From: an uncultured Prochlorococcus sp.
GTDB taxonomy: Bacteria; Cyanobacteriota; Cyanobacteriia; PCC-6307; Cyanobiaceae
Assembly (NCBI GenBank): GCA_902591275.1
Contig: CACJAC010000003.1
Span: 8,428 to 72,427 of the forward strand
DNA: 64,000 nucleotides
Direction of reading: 5' to 3'
In this document: piece after piece, positions 8,515 to 18,793 of the stretch
Layout of the letters: each line of letters starts with the position of its first letter
Numbering within the stretch: the stretch's first letter is position 1
Position numbers and translations under genes: made by a program
Notes under the pieces: generated by a model
What the model was told of the DNA's origin: nothing
The model's input: the letters and a program-made list of their open reading frames with translations, nothing else
Databases searched by the model: none

Positions 8515-9918
8515 CTAAACATATAGATCAGCCCTAGGATAGCCAATTCTCTTTTGTCTATCTATTCTACTCTTATAAAGAGCCTGCCAAAGTGCACTTA
8601 AAAGCAAAAGTATCCCAAGTCTGCCCACAAACATACCCACAATAAGAATAAATTGACCAAAATGATTTAATTTTGCGGTTAAACCAATATCAAAACCAAC
8701 TGTTGCAAATGCAGATATGCAAGTGAACAGAATTTCTAGGAATGTGAATGATTCTTTTTTAACAAAAGTATTAGTTGTACTAAGCAACATTGCCATTAAA
8801 AGAACAAAAAGCAAAGATCCAACTGTGATTCCAACTGCCTTTAGAATAACTTTATCTGAAATTAATCTATTGCTAATAATTACATCTTTCTGACCTCTTA
8901 AAGTTGATCTAGTTGCAGCCATTAAAGCAATAAATGTAGTTGTTTTTATGCCTCCACCAGTACCTCCTGTACTTGCTCCAATAAACATAAGCGTCATTAA
9001 TAATAAGAGGCCCGTATCTGAGATAGAGTTCAAAGAAATCGGAAAATTTGTAAAGCCTGCCGTTCTCGCACTAACTGTTTCGAAGATAGATGACAATAAC
9101 CGTTCAAAGAAATTTAAATCATTAAAAAATTGACTATTTAGCAATGATTCAGTGATAAAGAATCCTAATGATCCGAACAATATTAGAGACAAACTTGTCC
9201 TAATAACTAGTCTGGAATGAAGGCTTAATTTTTTATAAGAAAGATTTTTTTTATTACTCCAAATATCATCAATAACCCGCCAGCCCAATCCACCCATAAC
9301 AATGAGAAAAACAAAAACACTATTCACCAAATAATTTGTTCTATAGTCTTGAAGACTATTTGACATTAACGAAAATCCTGCATTGTTATATGCAGAAATA
9401 CTGTGAAAAATCGAGGACCATAGTCTTTCCCAATTATTTTGAATGTCTACAAATCCAAAAGAATATAAGACAATTGCGCCCAAAGATATAATAATAATCG
9501 CAGTAATAGCAATGCTTTGGAAAGTTCGACCAATTCCTCCAACTCCAAATTCATCTAAAGTCTTTCCTTTGTCTAATCTAGTTCTTAGCTTTGTCCCCTT
9601 TACAACAAACCCTTGTAAAAATGTTGTAATAGCCATTAATCCTAGACCACCTGATAAAAGCATAAAAGCTAAGAAAACTTGGCCAAAGAAATTTAAATCA
9701 ACACCAATATCTATTATGGTTAAGCCAGTAACGGTTATTGCAGAAGTAGATGTAAAAAAAGCTTCCCACAAACCAACCTTTGAAGATGAACATAATGGAG
9801 AACTCAAAATTAAAGTTCCAAGGCAAATAATAAATAAGCCTGTAACAATAGTAAATTGAGGTACAGATAGCTTTTTGTAAGCATCTTTTAACTTATAAAC
9901 CTTACTTGTGAATTTCAC
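8515..9918 (-). CDS. ktrB: Ktr/TrkH K+ uptake membrane subunit
   Basis: Four pore loops (TVTGL, NNAGF, RTAGF, ATVGF), GASTGGTGGGIKTT, MFVGRLG. Confidence 0.93.
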   Translation of the reverse strand: MKFTSKVYKLKDAYKKLSVPQFTIVTGLFIICLGTLILSSPLCSSSKVGLWEAFFTSTSAITVTGLTIIDIGVDLNFFGQVFLAFMLLSGGLGLMAITTFLQGFVVKGTKLRTRLDKGKTLDEFGVGGIGRTFQSIAITAIIIISLGAIVLYSFGFVDIQNNWERLWSSIFHSISAYNNAGFSLMSNSLQDYRTNYLVNSVFVFLIVMGGLGWRVIDDIWSNKKNLSYKKLSLHSRLVIRTSLSLILFGSLGFFITESLLNSQFFNDLNFFERLLSSIFETVSARTAGFTNFPISLNSISDTGLLLLMTLMFIGASTGGTGGGIKTTTFIALMAATRSTLRGQKDVIISNRLISDKVILKAVGITVGSLLFVLLMAMLLSTTNTFVKKESFTFLEILFTCISAFATVGFDIGLTAKLNHFGQFILIVGMFVGRLGILLLLSALWQALYKSRIDRQKRIGYPRADLYV

Positions 9919-9922
9919 GATA

Positions 9923-11731
9923 TTACCCGTAATTTAAAATTATCAATGCTGGCACAGTAAATGACATTATAAGTGTTAATCCAGCTCCGTATTTTGCGAT
10001 ATCAAAAAATCTATATCTTCCAGGACCATAAACCATTAAATTTGTTTGATAACCCATTGGAGTCAAGAAAGATTGACTTGCACCGAACAAAACAAGCATT
10101 ATTAAAGCGCTTGGTGAAATTTCTAAAACATTTGAAAATTCAATAGCAACAGGCAAAATCAAAGCAACTGAAGCCGCATTACTTATAAATTGCGTAAGAA
10201 TCACTGTAGATACAAAAATTACTACTAGTGCAAAATAAAGAGGCATTCCGTTAAGGGCAAAGTTTAGATTGACTGCAATTAGATCTGCTAATCCAGTTAT
10301 CTGCATAGCCACACTAAAACACGATAAAGATCCCAGCAATAAAATTACATCTAACCTAATTGATTTTTGTATCTCTGCAGGTCTTAAACATCCACAAGCA
10401 ACCATTGCAATAACTGCCAAAAGAACTGAACCTACTAATGGAATATTAGAAACCGAAGGCAAAACCACCATTCCTATTGCAATCGCAATCGATATAGGTT
10501 TTTTTATCAAAAAAGGTAAGTCATCTTCAAATTGATCTAAAATAAGCAAATCATTACTAGCTTGCAAACCTCTTATTGAATCTAACGGTGCTTGCAATAA
10601 TAAAACATCTCCAGCTCTTAAAACAGCTTGGCCTAACCTCTCCTGAACAGTTTGTTGACCTCTTCTTAATGCTAAAACTGTTGCATTATGACGCTGCCTA
10701 AATCTTAATTCTCTCAAACTTGCACCGGCTAAAGTTGAACCAGCTGGTAACAAGGCTTCAAAGGTCTTAGTACCTTCATCATCTGAGAAAACATTAGCCC
10801 CATCGAAAGATGTTTTGTTTTCTCCTAACAGAATAGTATGTTCCTGCTGCAGCCTAAATAAGTCTGCTCTTGTAACGCGGATTATTAATCTATCATCCGG
10901 TTCAATCTTTCTATCAGCCAAAGGAGGAAGAATAACTTTTCCATTTCGTTGCAATTCCAGAACATCAACGTCAAATCGTCTTTGTAATCTACTATTTCTG
11001 ACAGATTGTCCAACTAATTCTGATGTAGAGGGAATAGTAACTTCGGTAAAATATATATTCATATCACCATTTTTAATAAATTCCTTATCTCTCCCTCTAT
11101 CTGGCAAAAGCATTTCAGAAACTAGAATCATATAGATTGAACCTATAAGCCAAACAGGTATTCCTATTGAAGTCAAACTAAATAATTCCAAACCTCCATA
11201 ACCTAATTGTTGACTAATATCACTTACAAGAAGATTTACTGAGCTACCTAATAATGTCAGAGTTCCACCTAGTAAAGTAGCAAAAGAAAGAGGTAATAAA
11301 ACTTTTGATGGTGATATATTTCTTCGCTCGCACCAACTTTCAATTAAAGGTAACAAAGATGCTACTACTGGAGTATTAGGTACAATTCCAGATATTGGAG
11401 CAATCAAAAAAGCTATTAAAGAAATTAATTTCCTTGGAGTTCGAATACTTTCAGAAGAAATCAATTCTCTTACTCTGTCTAAGGCGCCACTTTTAAATAA
11501 TGCTGATGAAACTGCAAATAAACCCATAAGGGTAATTAAAGAAGGGCTGCCAAATCCAGCTAAAGCCTTTTCAGGAGAAAGAACCCCAGTAGATATAAAT
11601 ATTCCAACACATAACAAACCAGTCAATTCTGGTGCAATAGTATTTCTAATAAACAAAATTATGGACATTATTAAAACAACTACCGTTATAAACGCATCAG
11701 AATTATTACTAACTACTGAAATTAAATTCAT
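9923..11731 (-). CDS. SLC13/DASS family permease with two RCK_C (TrkA-C) domains
   Basis: GGTLTLLGSSVN, TQFISNAA, SFLTPMGYQTNLMVYGPGRY; central soluble domains. Confidence 0.88.
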   Translation of the reverse strand: MNLISVVSNNSDAFITVVVLIMSIILFIRNTIAPELTGLLCVGIFISTGVLSPEKALAGFGSPSLITLMGLFAVSSALFKSGALDRVRELISSESIRTPRKLISLIAFLIAPISGIVPNTPVVASLLPLIESWCERRNISPSKVLLPLSFATLLGGTLTLLGSSVNLLVSDISQQLGYGGLELFSLTSIGIPVWLIGSIYMILVSEMLLPDRGRDKEFIKNGDMNIYFTEVTIPSTSELVGQSVRNSRLQRRFDVDVLELQRNGKVILPPLADRKIEPDDRLIIRVTRADLFRLQQEHTILLGENKTSFDGANVFSDDEGTKTFEALLPAGSTLAGASLRELRFRQRHNATVLALRRGQQTVQERLGQAVLRAGDVLLLQAPLDSIRGLQASNDLLILDQFEDDLPFLIKKPISIAIAIGMVVLPSVSNIPLVGSVLLAVIAMVACGCLRPAEIQKSIRLDVILLLGSLSCFSVAMQITGLADLIAVNLNFALNGMPLYFALVVIFVSTVILTQFISNAASVALILPVAIEFSNVLEISPSALIMLVLFGASQSFLTPMGYQTNLMVYGPGRYRFFDIAKYGAGLTLIMSFTVPALIILNYG

Positions 11732-11780
11732 ACAAAACTTATTTAACTCAATATACCCAAAAACAATATTTCAAAAAAGT

Positions 11781-12977
11781 TTAATTGGAATAATCATCTT
11801 TTTTAAGAAACTTTTTAAAAATAGATTTTTTTTGGAATATCCATGAAGATGCAGATTTTAAGCTTTCTGTAATATCAGGCAACTTGGAAGCATATATAAG
11901 TCTTCTTGCCTCAAAAGCCAACTTCCCAGATAAAGTAACCCCAAGCCCAGAAATTGAAGCGTCACCTATTCCTAAGCTAATCATTTCACCGTTGTCTTGA
12001 AATTCAAAGGGTAAAGGATCTTTTCCTTGAATTAAAAGTTCTAAATTATTAGCAAGATGATTTCCTTCCTGCATAGCGACCTGAGCAGTTATGGGTAAAT
12101 CCTCCATTCCCTCAATAACTGAAATATCACCAATAGCAAAACAGTTTTTATGGTTTTCTATTTGGAAATTATTATTAACTAAAATTCGTCCAAATTTTTT
12201 TGTTATTTGATCAGTTTCTAAGTAAGACAAATTAGGTTTAACACCTGCTGTCCAAATAACAATATCTTTATCCAAGGAAGTTATTCCAACCTCACTAGAA
12301 ATACTAATCTTAGTTTCTGAGACTTCTTTAACTGTGGAATTCAAAAGAACGTTGATTTTTCTTTTTTCTAATGCCTTCTCTGCTTGTTCTCTATTAAAAA
12401 TTTTGTTTTTATTGAGGATTTCGTTTGATTTTTCTATTAAATTAATTTCAAATTGGTCTGTAAATATATCTTTAATTTTGCAAGCCAACTCGATACCAGA
12501 GGGACCACCTCCAACTATGAACAACTTTTTATGCAACGCAGTATCTTGGGATCTTTTTAAAAAAGAATTTAATTTATTTAAATCGTGAACATCATTAAAG
12601 AAATAACAATTTTCATCTACACCTTTTATAAAAAAACTATTTGGAACAGATCCTGTACAGATAACTAGATACTGATAACTTAATTTTAATTCGTCACTAA
12701 ATTCAAGAATATTTTCTTTGAAGGAAATCTTGGTTAAACAATTTCTTAAAAAAGTTATACCCGCATCAGAAAAAATATTTGCAAATTTTGGGGTGGCTTC
12801 CCAACTTCTTATTTCTTTACTTAAAACTTCGTACATTAAAGGTTTAAATATAAAGTTAGTTTCAGAATCAACCACAAGAATCGGTAAAGAAGGATTAAGA
12901 TTCTTTAAATTCAGAGCAAATGTCATTCCTGCAAAACCTGCTCCAACTATTACTATTGGTTTTTGTATTGATTTCAT
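11781..12977 (-). CDS. Type II NADH dehydrogenase-like FAD-dependent oxidoreductase
   Basis: GAGFAG, GGGPSGIELA, WTAG, AIGD, TAQVAMQEG. Confidence 0.88.
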   Translation of the reverse strand: MKSIQKPIVIVGAGFAGMTFALNLKNLNPSLPILVVDSETNFIFKPLMYEVLSKEIRSWEATPKFANIFSDAGITFLRNCLTKISFKENILEFSDELKLSYQYLVICTGSVPNSFFIKGVDENCYFFNDVHDLNKLNSFLKRSQDTALHKKLFIVGGGPSGIELACKIKDIFTDQFEINLIEKSNEILNKNKIFNREQAEKALEKRKINVLLNSTVKEVSETKISISSEVGITSLDKDIVIWTAGVKPNLSYLETDQITKKFGRILVNNNFQIENHKNCFAIGDISVIEGMEDLPITAQVAMQEGNHLANNLELLIQGKDPLPFEFQDNGEMISLGIGDASISGLGVTLSGKLAFEARRLIYASKLPDITESLKSASSWIFQKKSIFKKFLKKDDYSN

Positions 12978-13072
12978 TAGAGAAATATTGTTATGCGTAA
13001 ATGTATTATTAAACTATACGAATAATTTTTAAATTGAGCGAAATAAAATTAAACTCATAATCAAACTGAATA

Positions 13073-13795
13073 ATGATTGAAAAAATCCACAAAGATATTC
13101 AAACTAACTTGAGGAAATATAATCAAGAGCTTGTAGATATGAAGCCTCAAGCAATGCTTACCTGGGGTTATGAAAAGTTTGATAATCAATTTGCTATTAC
13201 AACAAGTTTTGGTATACAGTCATCAGTCCTTTTAGATATGGTCAGTAAATTATCTCTACAAAAAAAAATCAAAATATTTTGGATAGATACAGGCTACCTT
13301 CCTCAAGAAACATACCATTACGCTGAAAAGCTTATTGATAATTTATCCTTAGAAGTTGAAGTTCTGCAAAGTGAATTATCTCCAGCAAGAATGGAGGCCA
13401 AATACGGAAAACTTTGGGAAACAAAAAAAGAAAGTGATTTAGATAAGTATCATGAATTGAGAAAGATAAAACCTTTAGAAAATGGTCTAAAAAAATATGA
13501 TATTTTCTGCTGGGCAAGCGGCGTTAGATCAAGTCAAACAGAAAATAGAAACAAAATGAAATTCATAGACGTAATTCGTAAAAGACTCTCTTTAAGACCT
13601 TTATTAAATTGGACAAATAAAGATATTTTTTATTATATGGAAGAGAATAATTTACCTGCCCATCCACTTTTTATCAAAGGTTATTCTTCTGTAGGAGATT
13701 GGCATTCAAGCAGTCCCGATGGTATTGAAACAAAGGGCAGAGATACAAGATTTGGAGGGATTAAACAAGAATGTGGAATACACACTAATAATTAA
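13073..13795 (+). CDS. cysH: PAPS reductase (no Fe-S Cys motif)
   Basis: TTSFG, DTGY, RKIKPL, GY.SVGD, C-terminal ECGIH. Confidence 0.93.
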   Translation: MIEKIHKDIQTNLRKYNQELVDMKPQAMLTWGYEKFDNQFAITTSFGIQSSVLLDMVSKLSLQKKIKIFWIDTGYLPQETYHYAEKLIDNLSLEVEVLQSELSPARMEAKYGKLWETKKESDLDKYHELRKIKPLENGLKKYDIFCWASGVRSSQTENRNKMKFIDVIRKRLSLRPLLNWTNKDIFYYMEENNLPAHPLFIKGYSSVGDWHSSSPDGIETKGRDTRFGGIKQECGIHTNN

Positions 13796-13810
13796 ATTGA
13801 TCATAGAACA

Positions 13811-14506
13811 ATGGTCTCAGATATAAATTTTTTATTAGTAGGCAATAGTAGGCTTCATTGGGCAAAATATTCTAAAAATCAATCACAATTCTTCCATACC
13901 CAAAAAGATCAAAAAGTTCCCGAGAATATAGATCTTGATCAATTAATTTGGGCTTCAGTAGGAAAACTACCAAATTTTTTGCTGAAAAAAGAAAATGAAA
14001 TAAAAACTAAAGATATCCAATTATCAAATCTTCCTGATTATTTTGGAGTTGATAGAGCTCTTGCCTGTATTGCCGCTTTAAAAATTATTGAAAACCCTTT
14101 CAAAAAAGATTTGCTAATTTCAGATTTTGGAACAATATTATCAATAACAAAATTGAATTCAAATGGATCTATTATTGGAGGTCAACTTCTACCGGGTTTT
14201 CTTACACAATTAAAATCGATGGAACAAAATACAAACAATCTTAAAGTTCCCAAAAAATATGATATTCCGATCAAAGATTTTTTAATTAATACAGAAGAAG
14301 CAATCTTAAAAGGAGTAATCAACTCTCTTACTGGCGTGATTAATAGTTTATTTAATCCCGAAAAGGATATTTTAATAATCTGTGGAGGAGACTCTCAATT
14401 ACTCACAAAATCTCTAAAGACTCAAAAAGAAAACATTATAAATGCTCCTAATTTAGTTATGGAGGGGATGATTATTCACCACCTGTCAATAAAAAAATTA
14501 GCTTAA
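13811..14506 (+). CDS. coaX: Type III pantothenate kinase
   Basis: VGNSRLHWA, FGVDR, DFGT, GGQLLPG, CGGD. Confidence 0.88.
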   Translation: MVSDINFLLVGNSRLHWAKYSKNQSQFFHTQKDQKVPENIDLDQLIWASVGKLPNFLLKKENEIKTKDIQLSNLPDYFGVDRALACIAALKIIENPFKKDLLISDFGTILSITKLNSNGSIIGGQLLPGFLTQLKSMEQNTNNLKVPKKYDIPIKDFLINTEEAILKGVINSLTGVINSLFNPEKDILIICGGDSQLLTKSLKTQKENIINAPNLVMEGMIIHHLSIKKLA

Positions 14507-14965
14507 CCCAAGGTCTGCAATTATATGATCAGCCATAATAGCTGCTTTTACCTTTAAGTAAATTTTTTCGATGTAACCTTCAGTATCAATTAAAAAAGTA
14601 TTTCTCATCATTCCCATATATTCTTTTCCCATAAATTTTTTCAACCCATAACTATCGTATTCAGAAGAAACTTTGAAAGGTTCAGGATCAGTTAAAAGAA
14701 TAAAAGGTAAATTAAATTTTTCTATAAACTTCTGATGAGAGGATGCTTTATCTTTACTGATTCCAAGCACAACAATATTATTTTTTTGGAGTAAATCCCA
14801 ATTCTCTTTAAAATTACATGCTTCTTTAGTACATCCTGGAGTATTATCTTTTGGATAAAAATATAGTATTATTCTTTTACCTTTGAAATCACTAAGAGAA
14901 ACTTCTTTCTCAAAAGAATCTTTTAATTTAAATTCTGGTGCTTTGTCGCCAACCTTAAGAGCCAT
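14498..14965 (-). CDS. bcp: Peroxiredoxin BCP/PrxQ
   Basis: YFYPKDNTPGCTKEAC; the MALKVGDKAP start is ATG at 14965. Confidence 0.95.
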   Translation of the reverse strand: MALKVGDKAPEFKLKDSFEKEVSLSDFKGKRIILYFYPKDNTPGCTKEACNFKENWDLLQKNNIVVLGISKDKASSHQKFIEKFNLPFILLTDPEPFKVSSEYDSYGLKKFMGKEYMGMMRNTFLIDTEGYIEKIYLKVKAAIMADHIIADLGLS

Positions 14966-15621
14966 TGAAATTATTAAATGAGTATGAATATAAAATACCA
15001 AAAATTTGGTTTTATGAGATTAAAGGCGTGCAAGATGTTGCAACTACAGAAGAAATTAAAACTGCAAAAAACCTAACAAAGTCAAGATCAAAGATTTTCT
15101 TAGAAACAAGAGCTTATTTGCGACAATCACTTTCAACACTTTTTGATTTAGACCCCCTAGAAATTCCAATTAATGCTCAACCTGGAGAACCTCCAAGTTT
15201 ACCCTCTGGCATGGGGAATATCAGTTTAAGTCATTGTAAAGATGCCATTATTATGGTCTGGCATAAAGGCAAAATAGGGATTGATATTGAGAGAACAGAT
15301 AGAGATTTCAACCATATAAAATTTGCAAAAAAATATTTTTTTCATACCAATAAATCAAACCATAATAATTATTTAACAAAAAATATGATACTAAAACAAT
15401 GGTGTGCTGTTGAAGCTGCTATAAAATGGGATCATGGAAAAATAGCTAAAGACATTAAATATTGGCAATTTTTTGAAAAGCCAAAAGAGTTGATTCATAA
15501 GAAGAAAAACATACATTTAAATTATTCACAGATTAACTTCCATAATTGGACTATCGCTTTGGCCTACGAAGAAAAAACTTCTTTTAATCCTGAGATTATT
15601 TGTTGTTCGAAAAATTTTTAA
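14965..15621 (+). CDS. 4'-phosphopantetheinyl transferase (Sfp/HetI type)
   Basis: GEPP, NISLSH, IGIDIE, WCAVEAAIKW; TTG start uncertain. Confidence 0.85.
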   Translation: MKLLNEYEYKIPKIWFYEIKGVQDVATTEEIKTAKNLTKSRSKIFLETRAYLRQSLSTLFDLDPLEIPINAQPGEPPSLPSGMGNISLSHCKDAIIMVWHKGKIGIDIERTDRDFNHIKFAKKYFFHTNKSNHNNYLTKNMILKQWCAVEAAIKWDHGKIAKDIKYWQFFEKPKELIHKKKNIHLNYSQINFHNWTIALAYEEKTSFNPEIICCSKNF

Positions 15622-16907
15622 TTTTCTTTTCTTCTAAGCAGTTCTTCATATTGAGTTTTTTCCCATCCATAATTATTTGGTGCCCAAATTTTTAAACCTC
15701 TTAAAGATTTAGGAAGGTATTCTTGTGCGACCCAATTACCTGGATAATTATGAGGATTGACATAACTATTAGAATTATTTTTTAAATGAAGTGGGACATC
15801 AAAAGCATTTGTAGATTTGATTGTTTCAATTGCTTTAAAAATACTTTTCGTACTATTACTTTTTGGAGAAATAGCTAAATATAAAGAAGCCTGGGTTAAA
15901 AAATATAATCCTTCTGGAAAACCAACCCTATCAAAAGCATCACAACAGGATTGTACAACTACTATGGCATTAGGATCAGCTATTCCAATATCTTCACTAG
16001 CAGATATAAGTAGTCTTCTAAAAATAAAATTAGGATCTTCACCAGCCTCCAGCATATTTGCAAGCCAAAATAAAGTTGCATCTGGATCAGAACCTCTTAT
16101 GGACTTGATAAAGGCACTTATTACATCGTAATGATTTTGACCATTTTTATCGTAAACAATATTTTTCTTTTGTAGTGCATCCTCTGCTATTGAGAGATTA
16201 ATGTTGATTTTTTTAGCATCATTTTCAGCAGTTGTTTCTATGGCCATCTCAAGCGCATTGATTAATGTCCTTGCATCTCCGCCAGAAAATTTAATTAAAT
16301 GACTTATAGCATCTTGAGTTAAATAAACCTTTTTTGAATCTTTTTGTTTTGAATAGTGAGTAATGACTTTTTGTATTATTTTCTGCAAATCATTTTCTGA
16401 CAAAGGAAGTAATGTAAAAATACGAGACCTGCTGACAAGCGCTTTATTAACAGCAAAGAAAGGGTTTTCAGTTGTAGCACCAATAAAAGTTATAGTTCCA
16501 TTTTCTATTGAAGGTAATAAAGCATCTTGCTGAACTGATGTAAATCTATGAACCTCATCGATAAATAAAATTGTTTTTCTTTTTGAATTTATTAATCTAT
16601 CTTTTGCATTAGCGATTTCATTTCTTAATTCTTTAACACTTGACAATACTGCATTTAACTTAATTAATTTTGACCGCGTATTAAAAGAAATAATTTCAAT
16701 TAGAGTAGTTTTTCCAACACCCGGAGGGCCAGAAAAAATAAAATTACTAATCTTATCGTTTAATATGGCACTTCTTAAAAGCGAATTCTCATTCAGGATT
16801 GGTTGTTGACCAAAAAAATCTTCCAAATTCTTTGGTCTTAATTTATCCGCCAAAGGTGCATTGTTTTCTATTTGAGAATAATTAGTAAATAAATTTTCTG
16901 AATACAT
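15618..16907 (-). CDS. rarA: Replication-associated recombination protein RarA/MgsA (AAA+)
   Basis: APLADKLRP, GPPGVGKTT, DEVHRF, ATTENP, SAFIKSIRGSDPDA, ASEDIG. Confidence 0.95.
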   Translation of the reverse strand: MYSENLFTNYSQIENNAPLADKLRPKNLEDFFGQQPILNENSLLRSAILNDKISNFIFSGPPGVGKTTLIEIISFNTRSKLIKLNAVLSSVKELRNEIANAKDRLINSKRKTILFIDEVHRFTSVQQDALLPSIENGTITFIGATTENPFFAVNKALVSRSRIFTLLPLSENDLQKIIQKVITHYSKQKDSKKVYLTQDAISHLIKFSGGDARTLINALEMAIETTAENDAKKININLSIAEDALQKKNIVYDKNGQNHYDVISAFIKSIRGSDPDATLFWLANMLEAGEDPNFIFRRLLISASEDIGIADPNAIVVVQSCCDAFDRVGFPEGLYFLTQASLYLAISPKSNSTKSIFKAIETIKSTNAFDVPLHLKNNSNSYVNPHNYPGNWVAQEYLPKSLRGLKIWAPNNYGWEKTQYEELLRRKEN

Positions 16908-16940
16908 ATTAATAAAATCAAAAAATCATTACTTTAAATT

Positions 16941-18578
16941 CTATGTAATTACAGTAGGAGTTTCCATTTGAGTAAGTTTTGAAATGTTCAATAAAGCATC
17001 TAAATCATCTATTAGAGGTTTCAAAGCGATCTGAGGATTTAACGAAAGATTCTGTTTAGGATCGAAAAATTTCTCAAAGTAAAGTCTTAATGTTGCACCC
17101 TTAGTTCCAGTTCCAGAAAGACGCAGAATTACTCGAGAATTATCATCAAGGACTAATCTTAAACCTTGATTTTCACTTATAGAATTATCAACGGGATCTA
17201 AATATGAAAAGTTATCTGCAACTTTAACCAAATGGCCAGCAAAACTATTTCCTTTTAAATTTTCGAGCATAGAAGTTAGATTACCAAAGATTTGATTAGC
17301 AATATTTGAGGGAATTGCCTCATAATCATGTCTTGAATAATAATTCCTACCAAATTGTTTCCAATGATTCTGCATCAAATCACTTACCGAACATTTTTTC
17401 TCAGCTAAAACTTGTAACCAATACAAAACTGCCCATAGTCCATCTTTTTCTCTCACATGGTTACTACCTGTTCCAAAACTTTCTTCTCCACATAAAGTAA
17501 TTAAATTAGAATCTAAAAGATTTCCAAAAAACTTCCAACCAGTAGGTGTCTCGAAACAAGGTATATTTAATGCTCGAGCTACATTATCAACCGCTGAGCT
17601 GGTTGGCATGGATCGTGCCACACCTGTAATACCATGCTTATAACCAGGGACACATTTTGTGTTAGCAGTGATAACTGCTAGGCTATCACTAGGATTTACA
17701 AAACATCCACTTCCTAAAATCATATTCCTATCTCCATCTCCATCGCATGCAGCACCAAAACTATAAGATTTTTTATTTAATAACAAATCAGCCAAGTTGG
17801 ATGCGTAAGTAAGATTAGGATCAGGGTGTAAACCTCCAAAATCTTTTAACGGGTTACCATTCATGACACAATCATGTGCAAGACCCATTTTTTCAACAAA
17901 AATATTTTTTGCATATGGGCCTGTAACCGCATTCATTGCATCAAAGATTAACGAAAAGTCTTTTTTTAAAAAATCACTAATTTGATCAAAATCAAAAATT
18001 TTTTCCATCAAGTTAGAATAATCTCTTAATCCATCAATAATTTCTAAAGTAGTTTCACCGTAAGGATAAGTTCCATATTCACTAAAATCAGGTAATTGAA
18101 TTTTACAAATTTTATAACAAGTAAGTAATTTTGAAGCCTTGAAAATCTTATTAGTAATTATCTCAGGAGCTGGGCCACCATTAGAGATATTCAATTTCAC
18201 TCCAAAGTCCCCATCAATCCCACCAGGATTATGGCTTGCAGAAAGAATAATTCCACCAATAGCGTTTTCTTTTCTAATTAAATGTGATGTCGCAGGAGTA
18301 GATAATAAACCGTATTTTGGAACAATTACCTTTTGAACTTTATGAGCAACACATATTTGGACAATTTTTTCTATTGCTTCAATATTTCCATATCTGCCAT
18401 CACCACCAACTACTAATGTTGAACCTTTTAAAGGTTCTAATGATTGTAAGATTGCTTCAATAAAAATTTCTAAATAATGTTCTTCCTGAAACTTTAAAGT
18501 ACTTTTTCTTAAACCAGAAGTGCCTGGTTTTTGATCAAGAAAAGGAGTGTTGATATTAATGACATTAACTTGAGTCAT
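16941..18578 (-). CDS. pgm: Phosphoglucomutase
   Basis: DQKPGTSGLRK, SASHNPGG, DGDGDR, CGEESFG. Confidence 0.96.
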   Translation of the reverse strand: MTQVNVININTPFLDQKPGTSGLRKSTLKFQEEHYLEIFIEAILQSLEPLKGSTLVVGGDGRYGNIEAIEKIVQICVAHKVQKVIVPKYGLLSTPATSHLIRKENAIGGIILSASHNPGGIDGDFGVKLNISNGGPAPEIITNKIFKASKLLTCYKICKIQLPDFSEYGTYPYGETTLEIIDGLRDYSNLMEKIFDFDQISDFLKKDFSLIFDAMNAVTGPYAKNIFVEKMGLAHDCVMNGNPLKDFGGLHPDPNLTYASNLADLLLNKKSYSFGAACDGDGDRNMILGSGCFVNPSDSLAVITANTKCVPGYKHGITGVARSMPTSSAVDNVARALNIPCFETPTGWKFFGNLLDSNLITLCGEESFGTGSNHVREKDGLWAVLYWLQVLAEKKCSVSDLMQNHWKQFGRNYYSRHDYEAIPSNIANQIFGNLTSMLENLKGNSFAGHLVKVADNFSYLDPVDNSISENQGLRLVLDDNSRVILRLSGTGTKGATLRLYFEKFFDPKQNLSLNPQIALKPLIDDLDALLNISKLTQMETPTVIT

Positions 18579-18610
18579 ATTTTTAAAAAACTTCTAAAAA
18601 TCTAACTAAA

Positions 18611-18781
18611 TTAATGAGGCATTTCGGATGTTCTTAACATAGCGATAAACCATAATGAAGAAATTAATAATGCACTAAGAATTCCATAGTTAACACCAAA
18701 TTTAGAAATTGTAATTGGAACTATTAGTGGGAACGTTAATGCTCCAAACAATGGAGTAAAAGCTACAATTTTTTTAAGCAT
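18611..18781 (-). CDS. Small two-TM hypothetical protein, 56 aa; not in the ORF track
   Basis: Hand translation MLKKIVAFTPLFGALTFPLIVPITISKFGVNYGILSALLISSLWFIAMLRTSEMPH; fills the operon gap between the DUF4912 gene and pgm. Confidence 0.75.
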   Translation of the reverse strand: MLKKIVAFTPLFGALTFPLIVPITISKFGVNYGILSALLISSLWFIAMLRTSEMPH

Positions 18782-18793
18782 TAATTTAATTTA

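Noticed and set aside
14966-15001. Upstream-extended starts for bcp (15001) and gatB (49081) in the ORF track
   Set aside because: The extensions are non-homologous; conserved N-termini begin at ATG 14965 and ATG 49024
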